This document shows, one piece after another, positions 1 to 4,572 of a stretch of DNA of 4,572 nt. A program made the translations under genes and the position numbers. The stretch is taken from the IMG/VR virus record IMGVR_UViG_3300023487_000051; one strand, given 5' to 3'. The first letter of the stretch is position 1, and the number at the start of each line of letters is the position of its first letter. A model generated the notes under the pieces. The model was not told the DNA's origin. It made no database searches and saw nothing but the letters and a program-made list of their open reading frames with translations. This stretch comes from a virus. Lineage: Duplodnaviria > Heunggongvirae > Uroviricota > Caudoviricetes.

Positions 1-725
1 GAAATCCCGGACATTACAATGCCATCCGAAACAACAATAATGTCACCCGTTTCTTCCGGCATTCGCTCACTACAGCTTATCCAACCATCCGGAGTTACCG
101 GAGAATTGCCAGACAGCTCGTTCAACTTGTAAGTTTGGCTTACAGGTTCGGCTTCCAGTTCTGCAATGCGCTTCTCTGCGGCTTCCAGCTTCTCGCGCAT
201 ATCATCAACGTACTCGACCAGAGATCCGCCAGCAGGAATTTCGCACTCCTCGACCAGTTGGAAGTAGATATCAGCTGCGGACCGTGTGTTGCTATGCCTA
301 GCGTCGCCCATCTCACCTTCACGAAGAGCATCGCGTTCTGCGGTAAGATTGGCTATTTTGCTGTCTTTGCCTTCCAGCTCAACACGCAGTTTCCCTACCG
401 TTAGCGCAATATCCTCGTTCTCCTGATCGCGGAGTTTGATGTATTGCTGGTTTCTTTCCAGCTCATCCAGCAGCGCCAAGACGGTAGCGGGATTGGCTGC
501 GGCGATGAATTCAGCATTGGCCTGCTGTTCCATTTGGAAATCTTCATCGAAACCGCTTTCTGGATGCGCTCCTTCAATTCTGCAAATGGGAAGATATCCA
601 ACAACTTCACGATGAATTAGTGCATCACCAGCATCAAATCTCTCCTCTCCATATTCGAGCGACCACACACCACACGTTGCTTTTTCTGCCGCTTCACGCA
701 GTGCCTGATAGTCAATCTTGTTCAT
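1..725 (-). CDS. Ead/Ea22-like coiled-coil protein, 5' portion only (ATG at 725..723; 241 codons open to the window edge, 3' end beyond position 1)
   Basis: Hand translation of the minus strand from 725 gives an uninterrupted frame to position 3: MNKIDYQALREAAEKATCGVWSLEYGEERFDAGDALIHREVVGYLPICRIEGAHPESGFDEDFQMEQQANAEFIAAANPATVLALLDELERNQQYIKLRDQENEDIALTVGKLRVELEGKDSKIANLTAERDALREGEMGD...MREKLEAAEKRIAELEAEPVSQTYKLNELSGNSPVTPDGW... Missing from the ORF track because it has no in-window stop. Start lies 1 nt after the upstream TGA (TGAcATG). Family call rests on remembered motifs (ALREAAEKAT, ANPATVLALLDELE) and position in a lambdoid early-left region; not verified by search. Confidence 0.7.
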   Translation of the reverse strand, partial: MNKIDYQALREAAEKATCGVWSLEYGEERFDAGDALIHREVVGYLPICRIEGAHPESGFDEDFQMEQQANAEFIAAANPATVLALLDELERNQQYIKLRDQENEDIALTVGKLRVELEGKDSKIANLTAERDALREGEMGDARHSNTRSAADIYFQLVEECEIPAGGSLVEYVDDMREKLEAAEKRIAELEAEPVSQTYKLNELSGNSPVTPDGWISCSERMPEETGDIIVVSDGIVMSGI

Positions 726-726
726 G

Positions 727-1026
727 TCACATCACCCTGAAGCCGTTGCATTTACGTAAGAAATCGCAGATATAGCCCTTCATTTTTTCATGCCAATCTC
801 GATCATTCCCATTGCACCACCCATCAGGTGGAGTCCAGTTTTCTATCAGAGCAGCCATTTTCTTTGCTTTCGCCGGAGTAGCTGTTGCGGTATCGCAGTA
901 ATGACGAGTGTCAACAAACTTATCCATGCCATCGATATCAAGTACGCAAAACCATGTGTGATTCGGAATTCCTACAGGTGGTATTTGTTGCCCACGTCGG
1001 CGTTTATCAATGAGATATACACTCAC
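727..1026 (-). CDS. hypothetical phage protein, 99 aa, Cys/His/Trp-rich
   Basis: Track ORF 727..1026. Start is GTG at 1026..1024 overlapping the upstream stop (GTGA). A full-consensus Shine-Dalgarno AAGGAGGT (plus-strand 1032..1039, reverse complement) sits 6 nt upstream. Five Cys and three His. No family recognised. Confidence 0.75.
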   Translation of the reverse strand: MSVYLIDKRRRGQQIPPVGIPNHTWFCVLDIDGMDKFVDTRHYCDTATATPAKAKKMAALIENWTPPDGWCNGNDRDWHEKMKGYICDFLRKCNGFRVM

Positions 1027-1472
1027 TGGTTACCTCCTTTGCGAAGCTCTGCGGCGAACTCGTTAAGTGATATGTAGCAATCTCCAAATGTTAACGAACC
1101 GCTCGACTGCATATGCTCCATAGCCATCTCCACGCCCTGCGCCCGTACTTCAGCCAGGAAAGCATCGGTGGCTGGGGTTTCAGTAACATCATCTTCCCAT
1201 TCGCTAAACTCCTCACGACAAAAGTCATTAAATTCCTTCTCAGATTGCTTAAGCGAGGTATTTTCAGCAGCCATCTTCGCGCATTTAGCCTCAAGGTTAT
1301 CAATCGTGATTCCAGCAGAACGACACTCCCGCAACGCCGTTTCTAGTTTTGATTCAAGTTCACCGAACTTACGCACCAGATATTCAGCGTTTGTTTCGTT
1401 AACCTTTAAATCTCGGGGGATGCATTTACCTTTCAGAAAACCATCCATCTCAATTAGTGACATTTGTTTCAT
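1023..1472 (-). CDS. hypothetical coiled-coil phage protein, 149 aa (track ORF extends to a GTG at 1490; ATG at 1472 preferred)
   Basis: Track ORF 1023..1490. The ATG at 1472..1470 forms an ATGA overlap with the stop of the upstream 54-aa ORF and is preceded by a purine-rich stretch (GGAGTGGGAAGAA); the GTG at 1490 has no SD. Protein [16 protein letters not shown]...[52 protein letters not shown]...; central heptad-like region. Function unknown. Confidence 0.75.
   Translation of the reverse strand: MKQMSLIEMDGFLKGKCIPRDLKVNETNAEYLVRKFGELESKLETALRECRSAGITIDNLEAKCAKMAAENTSLKQSEKEFNDFCREEFSEWEDDVTETPATDAFLAEVRAQGVEMAMEHMQSSGSLTFGDCYISLNEFAAELRKGGNQ
1032..1039 (-). promoter_or_regulatory. Shine-Dalgarno AAGGAGGT for the 99-aa gene, embedded in the 3' end of the upstream CDS
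   Basis: Plus strand acctcctt is the reverse complement of AAGGAGGT; 6 nt upstream of the GTG at 1026. Confidence 0.7.
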
Positions 1473-1633
1473 TTCTTCCCACTCCGCCACATTGCATTCA
1501 GATATTTGTTGTCATTAACAGAGCCGAAACTATTTCTCTTAAGCAATTCCTCTCTCGATGGCATTGGCTTTACGCGTTGGCGAATAATCATTTCTGCCGG
1601 AAGAATGCCGGGATTGTATGCAAGCCCTCTCAT
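1469..1633 (-). CDS. small hypothetical protein, 54 aa (not in ORF track)
   Basis: Hand translation: [57 protein letters not shown] at 1633..1631 overlaps the TGA of the upstream 96-aa gene (ATGA), and its own TGA at 1471..1469 overlaps the ATG of the downstream gene (ATGA). SD-like GGAGAG lies 8 nt upstream. It fills an otherwise unexplained gap of about 140 nt in a packed operon. Confidence 0.6.
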   Translation of the reverse strand: MRGLAYNPGILPAEMIIRQRVKPMPSREELLKRNSFGSVNDNKYLNAMWRSGKK

Positions 1634-1920
1634 GATTTACTCTCCACGAACTGGTCAATAGCCATGCTAAGTGACACACCTAAAGTCTCGATATGTTGCT
1701 GAATATCCTGTAGCGTCTGCGCCTGAGATAACAGGATTTCACGGTTGCATAACTCTTTAACCAGATGCTCAAACTTGCTGTAATAACCGATACGGCTTAG
1801 TGTTTCTTTCCCTGCATTCTCGCCTTCTTTGATAATTCCTCTTTCGCTAAGAATCAGATCGTGTTTTGTTCCGGTAATAACGTATTTTCCGAGGTCGATG
1901 TTTAGCTTCATTGTTTTCAT
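1630..1920 (-). CDS. hypothetical phage protein, 96 aa (track ORF starts further upstream at 2073; ATG at 1920 preferred)
   Basis: Track ORF 1630..2073 overlaps the preceding gene by about 140 nt. The internal ATG at 1920..1918 is preceded by GAGGAA with 6-nt spacing and lies 10 nt after the upstream stop. Protein [96 protein letters not shown]. No family recognised. Confidence 0.75.
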   Translation of the reverse strand: MKTMKLNIDLGKYVITGTKHDLILSERGIIKEGENAGKETLSRIGYYSKFEHLVKELCNREILLSQAQTLQDIQQHIETLGVSLSMAIDQFVESKS

Positions 1921-1930
1921 TGTTAATTCC

Positions 1931-2227
1931 TCAGTCATTACTGATAGCGCCATAGCGTGAGCGGTAATTACGCAGGCGCGGGTCGATATATTCAGGGAAG
2001 TGGGTATATGTGGCTTTGCGGAATGGTCGGATTGATGTCTGGTAAATTCGCTCGCGTTCTTCTTTCTCTGCAAGCCATATACAGTGGCGAAATTCCTTTT
2101 CCTCTTTCGTTTCCTGCGGTAGAGACATTATCCGGTCGTAGTTTTTTCTGAATTTATCCAGCACCTCCGATACGGAATTGCCGGAACATCGGCGTGGGTC
2201 ATCCTCACCATACAGAGGCGCTGGCAT
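1931..2227 (-). CDS. hypothetical phage protein, 98 aa; first gene after the erf-ssb module (positional candidate for an Abc-like anti-RecBCD function, unverified)
   Basis: Track ORF 1931..2227, ATG start with SD AAGGA about 8 nt upstream, 23 nt after the ssb stop. Protein MPAPLYGEDDPRRCSGNSVSEVLDKFRKNYDRIMSLPQETKEEKEFRHCIWLAEKEERERIYQTSIRPFRKATYTHFPEYIDPRLRNYRSRYGAISND. The functional suggestion is inference from gene order (in P22, abc1/abc2 follow erf) and size only. Confidence 0.75.
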   Translation of the reverse strand: MPAPLYGEDDPRRCSGNSVSEVLDKFRKNYDRIMSLPQETKEEKEFRHCIWLAEKEERERIYQTSIRPFRKATYTHFPEYIDPRLRNYRSRYGAISND

Positions 2228-2250
2228 AATGGAATCCTTATTTTTCTATA

Positions 2251-2634
2251 TCAGAATGGGATGGAATCGTCGTATACAGGAGTGTTCTGCTGGTTACTAC
2301 TTTGCTGCTGCGGGCCATTTCCTGAAGCTGTAAATCCAATCTTTGCATTCAGTAATTCAAGAGTAATTGATTGACCATTTTGCCCCTGATAAACATCAAC
2401 CCTGATGTTTTCTCCGGTAATTTCCACAATGCCACCTTCAACAAGAACACTACGGTAGTAATCCGCTTGCGCTCCTGGCTTGGCAAATACAACGGCGCTG
2501 TAGTTTGTCCATTCTTTCTTTTTTGTCTGGCGATCGTAATACTGAACGCCAGCACGGATGTTGAATCCGATATTTTCCCCGGCCTGAAACTCTCTTGCGG
2601 GCTTGTTTAGTCTTACAGTAATCGAATGTGCCAT
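2251..2634 (-). CDS. ssb: phage single-stranded DNA-binding protein, short form, 127 aa, C-terminal tail DDSIPF
   Basis: Track ORF 2251..2724 begins at a non-ATG codon inside erf. The ATG at 2634..2632 overlaps the erf TAA (TAATG), giving MAHSITVRLNKPAREFQAGENIGFNIRAGVQYYDRQTKKKEWTNYSAVVFAKPGAQADYYRSVLVEGGIVEITGENIRVDVYQGQNGQSITLELLNAKIGFTASGNGPQQQSSNQQNTPVYDDSIPF. The terminal acidic DD-x-IPF and the Gly/Gln-rich linker before it are the SSB signature (bacterial SSB ends DDDIPF). It sits directly downstream of erf, as in phage recombination modules. Confidence 0.75.
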   Translation of the reverse strand: MAHSITVRLNKPAREFQAGENIGFNIRAGVQYYDRQTKKKEWTNYSAVVFAKPGAQADYYRSVLVEGGIVEITGENIRVDVYQGQNGQSITLELLNAKIGFTASGNGPQQQSSNQQNTPVYDDSIPF

Positions 2635-3239
2635 TAAGCAGCAGCTCCTTCTAATTCGTCTCGTCTGATGTTGTAAACGTCCTGCGCTTTGTGCTGCTCC
2701 GGTGTGCCTTCGAGCATCTTCCACGCTTTGGCGAACGCCTGTTTAAGCTCTTCCACGGTGTTTTTCTGCAATGCTGCGTCAGTGAATGCTTTTAGAACCT
2801 GTTCAGGTGTAGGTGATAGTTTTGATTGCTTTGCTGCTGCGTTCTGCTGATGTTTATGCTCGTCGGTATCTGCATCTTTCGCATCATCAATGCCGAACAA
2901 ACCATTGAGGCAATACTTGCGTGCATAAGAGCTTGTAGCTCCCGTAACTTGTGCAGAATCCATTCCTTTCTTGCTTTCTTCCTCTCGTGCAAGGGCGGTT
3001 GCCGTATGACTGTTTTCGCCATCGGTAATAGTTGCCGTGGCTTTCACGTAATACCGATCACCAATCAACACAACTTCATCGCTGATTGATAAAAACAGGC
3101 CATTCAGTAACGGCTTAACGCCTTCAAGAATGTCTTCGCAGCTTCTGTATTTATATTTACCGAATGAGTTGTACTGATTCTTTGGCGCGTTCAGATTCTC
3201 CTGAATAGCTGCCAGTCTTGCGTAAAATTCTTTGCTCAT
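2634..3239 (-). CDS. erf: Erf-family single-strand annealing recombinase (essential recombination function protein), 201 aa
   Basis: Track ORF 2634..3269 starts at a TTG; the ATG at 3239..3237 gives MSKEFYARLAAIQENLNAPKNQYNSFGKYKYRSCEDILEGVKPLLNGLFLSISDEVVLIGDRYYVKATATITDGENSHTATALAREEESKKGMDSAQVTGATSSYARKYCLNGLFGIDDAKDADTDEHKHQQ..., which matches my recollection of the P22 Erf N-terminal annealing domain followed by a variable C-terminal domain. Stop TAA overlaps the ssb start. Confidence 0.85.
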   Translation of the reverse strand: MSKEFYARLAAIQENLNAPKNQYNSFGKYKYRSCEDILEGVKPLLNGLFLSISDEVVLIGDRYYVKATATITDGENSHTATALAREEESKKGMDSAQVTGATSSYARKYCLNGLFGIDDAKDADTDEHKHQQNAAAKQSKLSPTPEQVLKAFTDAALQKNTVEELKQAFAKAWKMLEGTPEQHKAQDVYNIRRDELEGAAA

Positions 3240-3249
3240 ATGATTGTTC

Positions 3250-3420
3250 TCAGAATGGACACGGCCCAAGGAAATAACGCTGATTTAATACTTCGACTCG
3301 GGACAAGTTAAGGCATACCCGCATTCCTTCGCGGTCGCCATTATGTCGATACCAGAGAGCTTTCTGCGTGTACATGCGCCTCTGTAACTTGCTCTCCTTC
3401 ACTGTGGTTGCAAGTGACAT
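3250..3420 (-). CDS. small basic hypothetical protein, 56 aa, immediately upstream of erf (Arf-position ORF; not in ORF track)
   Basis: Hand translation from ATG 3420..3418: MSLATTVKESKLQRRMYTQKALWYRHNGDREGMRVCLNLSRVEVLNQRYFLGPCPF. Strong SD GAAGGAGAT (plus-strand 3425..3433, reverse complement) 4 nt upstream of the ATG. Its stop lies 10 nt before the erf ATG, which itself has only a weak SD, so coupling is plausible. It overlaps the 52-aa ORF 3341..3499 by 80 nt in another frame, so only moderate confidence. Confidence 0.45.
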   Translation of the reverse strand: MSLATTVKESKLQRRMYTQKALWYRHNGDREGMRVCLNLSRVEVLNQRYFLGPCPF

Positions 3421-3499
3421 GAATATCTCCTTCGTTACCGATTAATTCTTTCATCTGACGAATGAATTCTTCGTCTGACCAGTTATCTGTAAAACTCAT
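3341..3499 (-). CDS. small acidic hypothetical protein, 52 aa, start coupled to the kil-like ORF (not in ORF track)
   Basis: Hand translation from ATG 3499..3497: MSFTDNWSDEEFIRQMKELIGNEGDIHVTCNHSEGEQVTEAHVHAESSLVST. The ATG overlaps the TGA of the Kil-like ORF (ATGA). It overlaps the 56-aa ORF in a different frame; which of the two (or both) is translated cannot be decided from sequence alone. Confidence 0.45.
   Translation of the reverse strand: MSFTDNWSDEEFIRQMKELIGNEGDIHVTCNHSEGEQVTEAHVHAESSLVST
3425..3433 (-). promoter_or_regulatory. Shine-Dalgarno GAAGGAGAT for the 56-aa Arf-position ORF, embedded in the 52-aa ORF
   Basis: Plus strand atctccttc is the reverse complement of GAAGGAGAT; 4 nt upstream of the ATG at 3420. 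Confidence 0.5.
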
Positions 3500-3648
3500 T
3501 TCCTGCGATACCATGGAAGGTTGATAGCTAATTTCATCTCTTTATTTGCTTCAAGCCACATTTTGGAATCACCAATAAATCTGGCTATTACTGCTTTGTT
3601 TTGTGCAGCACGAAGTATCTGGTGATTGATGGCTATTTCATTGCGCAT
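3496..3648 (-). CDS. kil: Kil-like small protein, 50 aa (putative host cell-division inhibitor), overlapping the 3' end of cIII (not in ORF track)
   Basis: Hand translation from ATG 3648..3646: MRNEIAINHQILRAAQNKAVIARFIGDSKMWLEANKEMKLAINLPWYRRK. SD GAGGT 7 nt upstream. The start overlaps the cIII 3' end by 16 nt in another frame, the same arrangement lambda has for cIII and kil. The segment IARFIGDSKMWLEA resembles what I recall of lambda Kil (unverified). Stop overlaps the next ATG. Confidence 0.6.
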   Translation of the reverse strand: MRNEIAINHQILRAAQNKAVIARFIGDSKMWLEANKEMKLAINLPWYRRK

Positions 3649-3764
3649 AATAAGACCTCAACTCTTTTCCATCCGTCACGTAATTTACGGGTGATTCGTT
3701 CAAGTAAAGATTCATTTAGTTGGAAGGCACCCATGCGAGCGCCTCCCGCGATTGCGTAAATCAT
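3633..3764 (-). CDS. cIII: CIII homolog (FtsH protease inhibitor, lysogeny regulator), short variant of 43 aa (not in ORF track)
   Basis: Hand translation from ATG 3764..3762: MIYAIAGGARMGAFQLNESLLERITRKLRDGWKRVEVLLCAMK. The stretch ESLLERITRKLRDGWKR is identical to the central amphipathic-helix region of lambda CIII as I recall it (MQYAIAGWPVAGCPSESLLERITRKLRDGWKRLIDILNQPGVPKNGSNTYGYPD). SD AAGGAA 7 nt upstream. C-terminus diverges and is about 11 residues shorter than lambda CIII. Confidence 0.8.
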   Translation of the reverse strand: MIYAIAGGARMGAFQLNESLLERITRKLRDGWKRVEVLLCAMK

Positions 3765-3788
3765 GGGTGGTTCCTTATGTTGGTTTTA

Positions 3789-4572
3789 TTAGTAGGTTAT
3801 TTTTGTTGCGAATACTTCGCCTTTTACGATGGCTGTTATGATATTTTTAGCAACATCTTCTGATGCACCAACCTTGATAAGGTCAGCAAGTATTTTGTTA
3901 TTTACTTCTTTCCGGTGAGCTTTATCCTTTGCTCTACGCTCTTCTTCGTCCTTGATTCTTTTTTCTTCTGCTATTCTGGCTTGCTCTTTTGCTTCAGCCT
4001 CGCGACGGATTCGTTCAGCCTCCTCCTGTGCTTTTCTGCGTTCTGCTTCAATTGCTGCCTGCTTTTCTCTTTCAGCTCGTTCTGCTGCCTCTTTTGCTTC
4101 GCGCTGTGCTCGTTGCTCGGCTTCAATGCGTTCACGCTCTGCACGTTCCGCTGCGGCCTTAGCTTCTGCTTCTCGCCTTGCTGCTGCTTCAATTTCGGCT
4201 TTTGCCTTTGCTTCGGCTTCTGCTCTGGCTTTCTCTTCAGCTTCTCTTTTTAAGCGTTCTTCATGCTCTCGCTTTTCCTGCTCCGCTTTGAGTCTTGCCT
4301 CTTCTCTTTGGCGGTCAAATTCGCGATCCATCAAAATCGCTATTTCATGGTCAGACTCAATTTGCTTTGCGAGAGCTTCAGCTGCTGCCTTAGCTTCTTC
4401 TTCGGCTTTAATCCGCGCCTGTTCCTCTTCATAATCAGTAAGAGGCTGGCGTGCCTTGGCTTTCAGTTCATCAAGGCGATCGCGCACTGTCTTGCGGTTG
4501 GCATCAATTAGCTTTGGAATTTCCTTCAGTTCAGCAACAAGGTCTTTGCCAAGACCATCGAGATATGTTTTC
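3789..4572 (-). CDS. Glu/Arg/Lys/Ala-rich coiled-coil protein (TolA-like low complexity), 3' portion; N-terminus probably beyond the window end
   Basis: Track ORF 3789..4487 begins at a GTG with no SD. Hand translation shows the frame stays open upstream to the window edge (…KTYLDGLGKDLVAELKEIPKLIDANRKTV-RDRLDELKAKARQPLTDYEEEQARIKAEEEAKAAAEALAKQ…REAEEKARAEAEAKAKAEIEAAARREAEAKAAAERAERERIEAEQRAQREAKEAAERAEREKQAAIEAERRKAQEEAERIRREAEAKEQARIAEEKRIKDEEERRAKDKAHRKEVNNKILADLIKVGASEDVAKNIITAIVKGEVFATKITY). Same strand as the operon, 24 nt upstream of cIII. Other frames here are also open, as expected for low-complexity sequence, but only this one looks protein-like. Confidence 0.65.
   Translation of the reverse strand, partial: KTYLDGLGKDLVAELKEIPKLIDANRKTVRDRLDELKAKARQPLTDYEEEQARIKAEEEAKAAAEALAKQIESDHEIAILMDREFDRQREEARLKAEQEKREHEERLKREAEEKARAEAEAKAKAEIEAAARREAEAKAAAERAERERIEAEQRAQREAKEAAERAEREKQAAIEAERRKAQEEAERIRREAEAKEQARIAEEKRIKDEEERRAKDKAHRKEVNNKILADLIKVGASEDVAKNIITAIVKGEVFATKITY
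3910..4430. repeat. low-complexity, internally repetitive coding segment (degenerate GCN/GAR/CGN triplet repeats encoding the AE[KR]A-type motifs); approximate bounds
   Basis: Visible in sequence as recurring gcttc/tgcttc/ctgc units on the plus strand. It explains the multiple long ORFs in several frames on both strands in the track (3915..4253, 3952..4434, 3971..4192). Confidence 0.55.

Noticed and set aside
1473-1490. GTG start at 1490 for the 149-aa gene
   Set aside because: No SD upstream of it, and it would overlap the 54-aa ORF by 22 nt; ATG 1472 forms a clean ATGA junction. Kept as an alternative rather than excluded outright.
1921-2073. Long N-terminal extension of the 96-aa gene (track start at 2073) and the alternative ATG at 1938
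   Set aside because: It would overlap the 98-aa gene by about 140 nt. The ATG at 1920 has a GAGGAA SD at ideal spacing, whereas 1938 has none.
2635-2724. N-terminal extension of the ssb ORF (track start at 2724)
   Set aside because: The extension begins at a non-ATG codon, lies inside the erf coding region, and yields an Arg-rich junk leader; the ATG at 2634 overlapping the erf stop is the natural start.
3240-3269. N-terminal extension of erf (track start at 3269, TTG codon)
   Set aside because: The ATG at 3239 gives the MSKEFYARL N-terminus I recognise for Erf, and the extension would overlap the upstream 56-aa ORF's stop.
3285-3341. 18-codon minus-strand ORF (MATAKECGYALTCPESKY) starting at a TAATG overlap with the 52-aa ORF
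   Set aside because: Too short, no SD, and entirely inside the better-supported 56-aa ORF; most likely a chance ATG.
140-4192. Minus-strand alternative-frame ORFs in the track (140..331, 401..610, 1091..1303, 2349..2555, 2792..3022, 3971..4192)
   Set aside because: Fully embedded out of frame within better-supported minus-strand genes (Ea22-like, 149-aa, ssb, erf, coiled-coil protein); no SD and no coupling context.
3910-4430. Nucleotide repetitiveness that could superficially suggest a CRISPR array or tandem repeat element
   Set aside because: No regular repeat-spacer periodicity; the repeats are degenerate triplet-level coding repeats within a continuous open reading frame.
135-4511. All twelve plus-strand ORFs in the track (135..404, 790..1077, 1113..1346, 1168..1518, 1457..1702, 1464..1661, 1957..2151, 2371..2610, 2826..3089, 3915..4253, 3952..4434, 4263..4511)
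   Set aside because: Each is antisense to a minus-strand gene supported by coupling, SD sequences or recognisable homology. Their translations are Ser/Leu/Cys/Phe-rich with no recognisable motifs, and those inside 3900..4450 are artefacts of the low-complexity repeat.
1-4572. Search for promoters, rho-independent terminators, attachment sites, tRNA or IS elements
   Set aside because: No intergenic gap longer than about 25 nt, no convincing GC-rich hairpin followed by a T-tract, no inverted terminal repeats or transposase-like ORF, and no tRNA-like cloverleaf seen; absence judged by eye only.

Overview
The window reads as one densely packed, minus-strand transcription unit of a lambdoid / P22-like prophage early-left (pL-type) operon from an enterobacterium. 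Reading 5' to 3' on the minus strand (window end to window start): a partial Glu/Arg/Lys/Ala-rich coiled-coil protein; a cIII homolog (exact core match ESLLERITRKLRDGWKR to lambda CIII as I recall it); an overlapping Kil-like small ORF; two overlapping small ORFs at the position P22 uses for arf; an Erf-family single-strand annealing protein; a short SSB ending in the SSB tail variant DDSIPF; five tightly coupled hypothetical genes (98, 96, 54, 149, 99 aa); and the 5' part of an Ead/Ea22-like coiled-coil gene that runs off the window start. No plus-strand ORF looks genuine. Six genes (cIII, kil, the two arf-position ORFs, the 54-aa ORF, the Ea22-like gene) are absent from the supplied ORF track and were found by hand translation. 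Several track ORFs begin at GTG/TTG, and I re-assigned starts where an ATG with a Shine-Dalgarno was better. Nothing here is CRISPR, tRNA, rRNA or an IS element. All family names are from sequence recall and gene order; no database search was run. The most interesting candidates are the uncharacterised genes immediately downstream of the erf-ssb recombination module (anti-RecBCD or other host-takeover/anti-defence candidates) and the low-complexity coiled-coil protein upstream of cIII.
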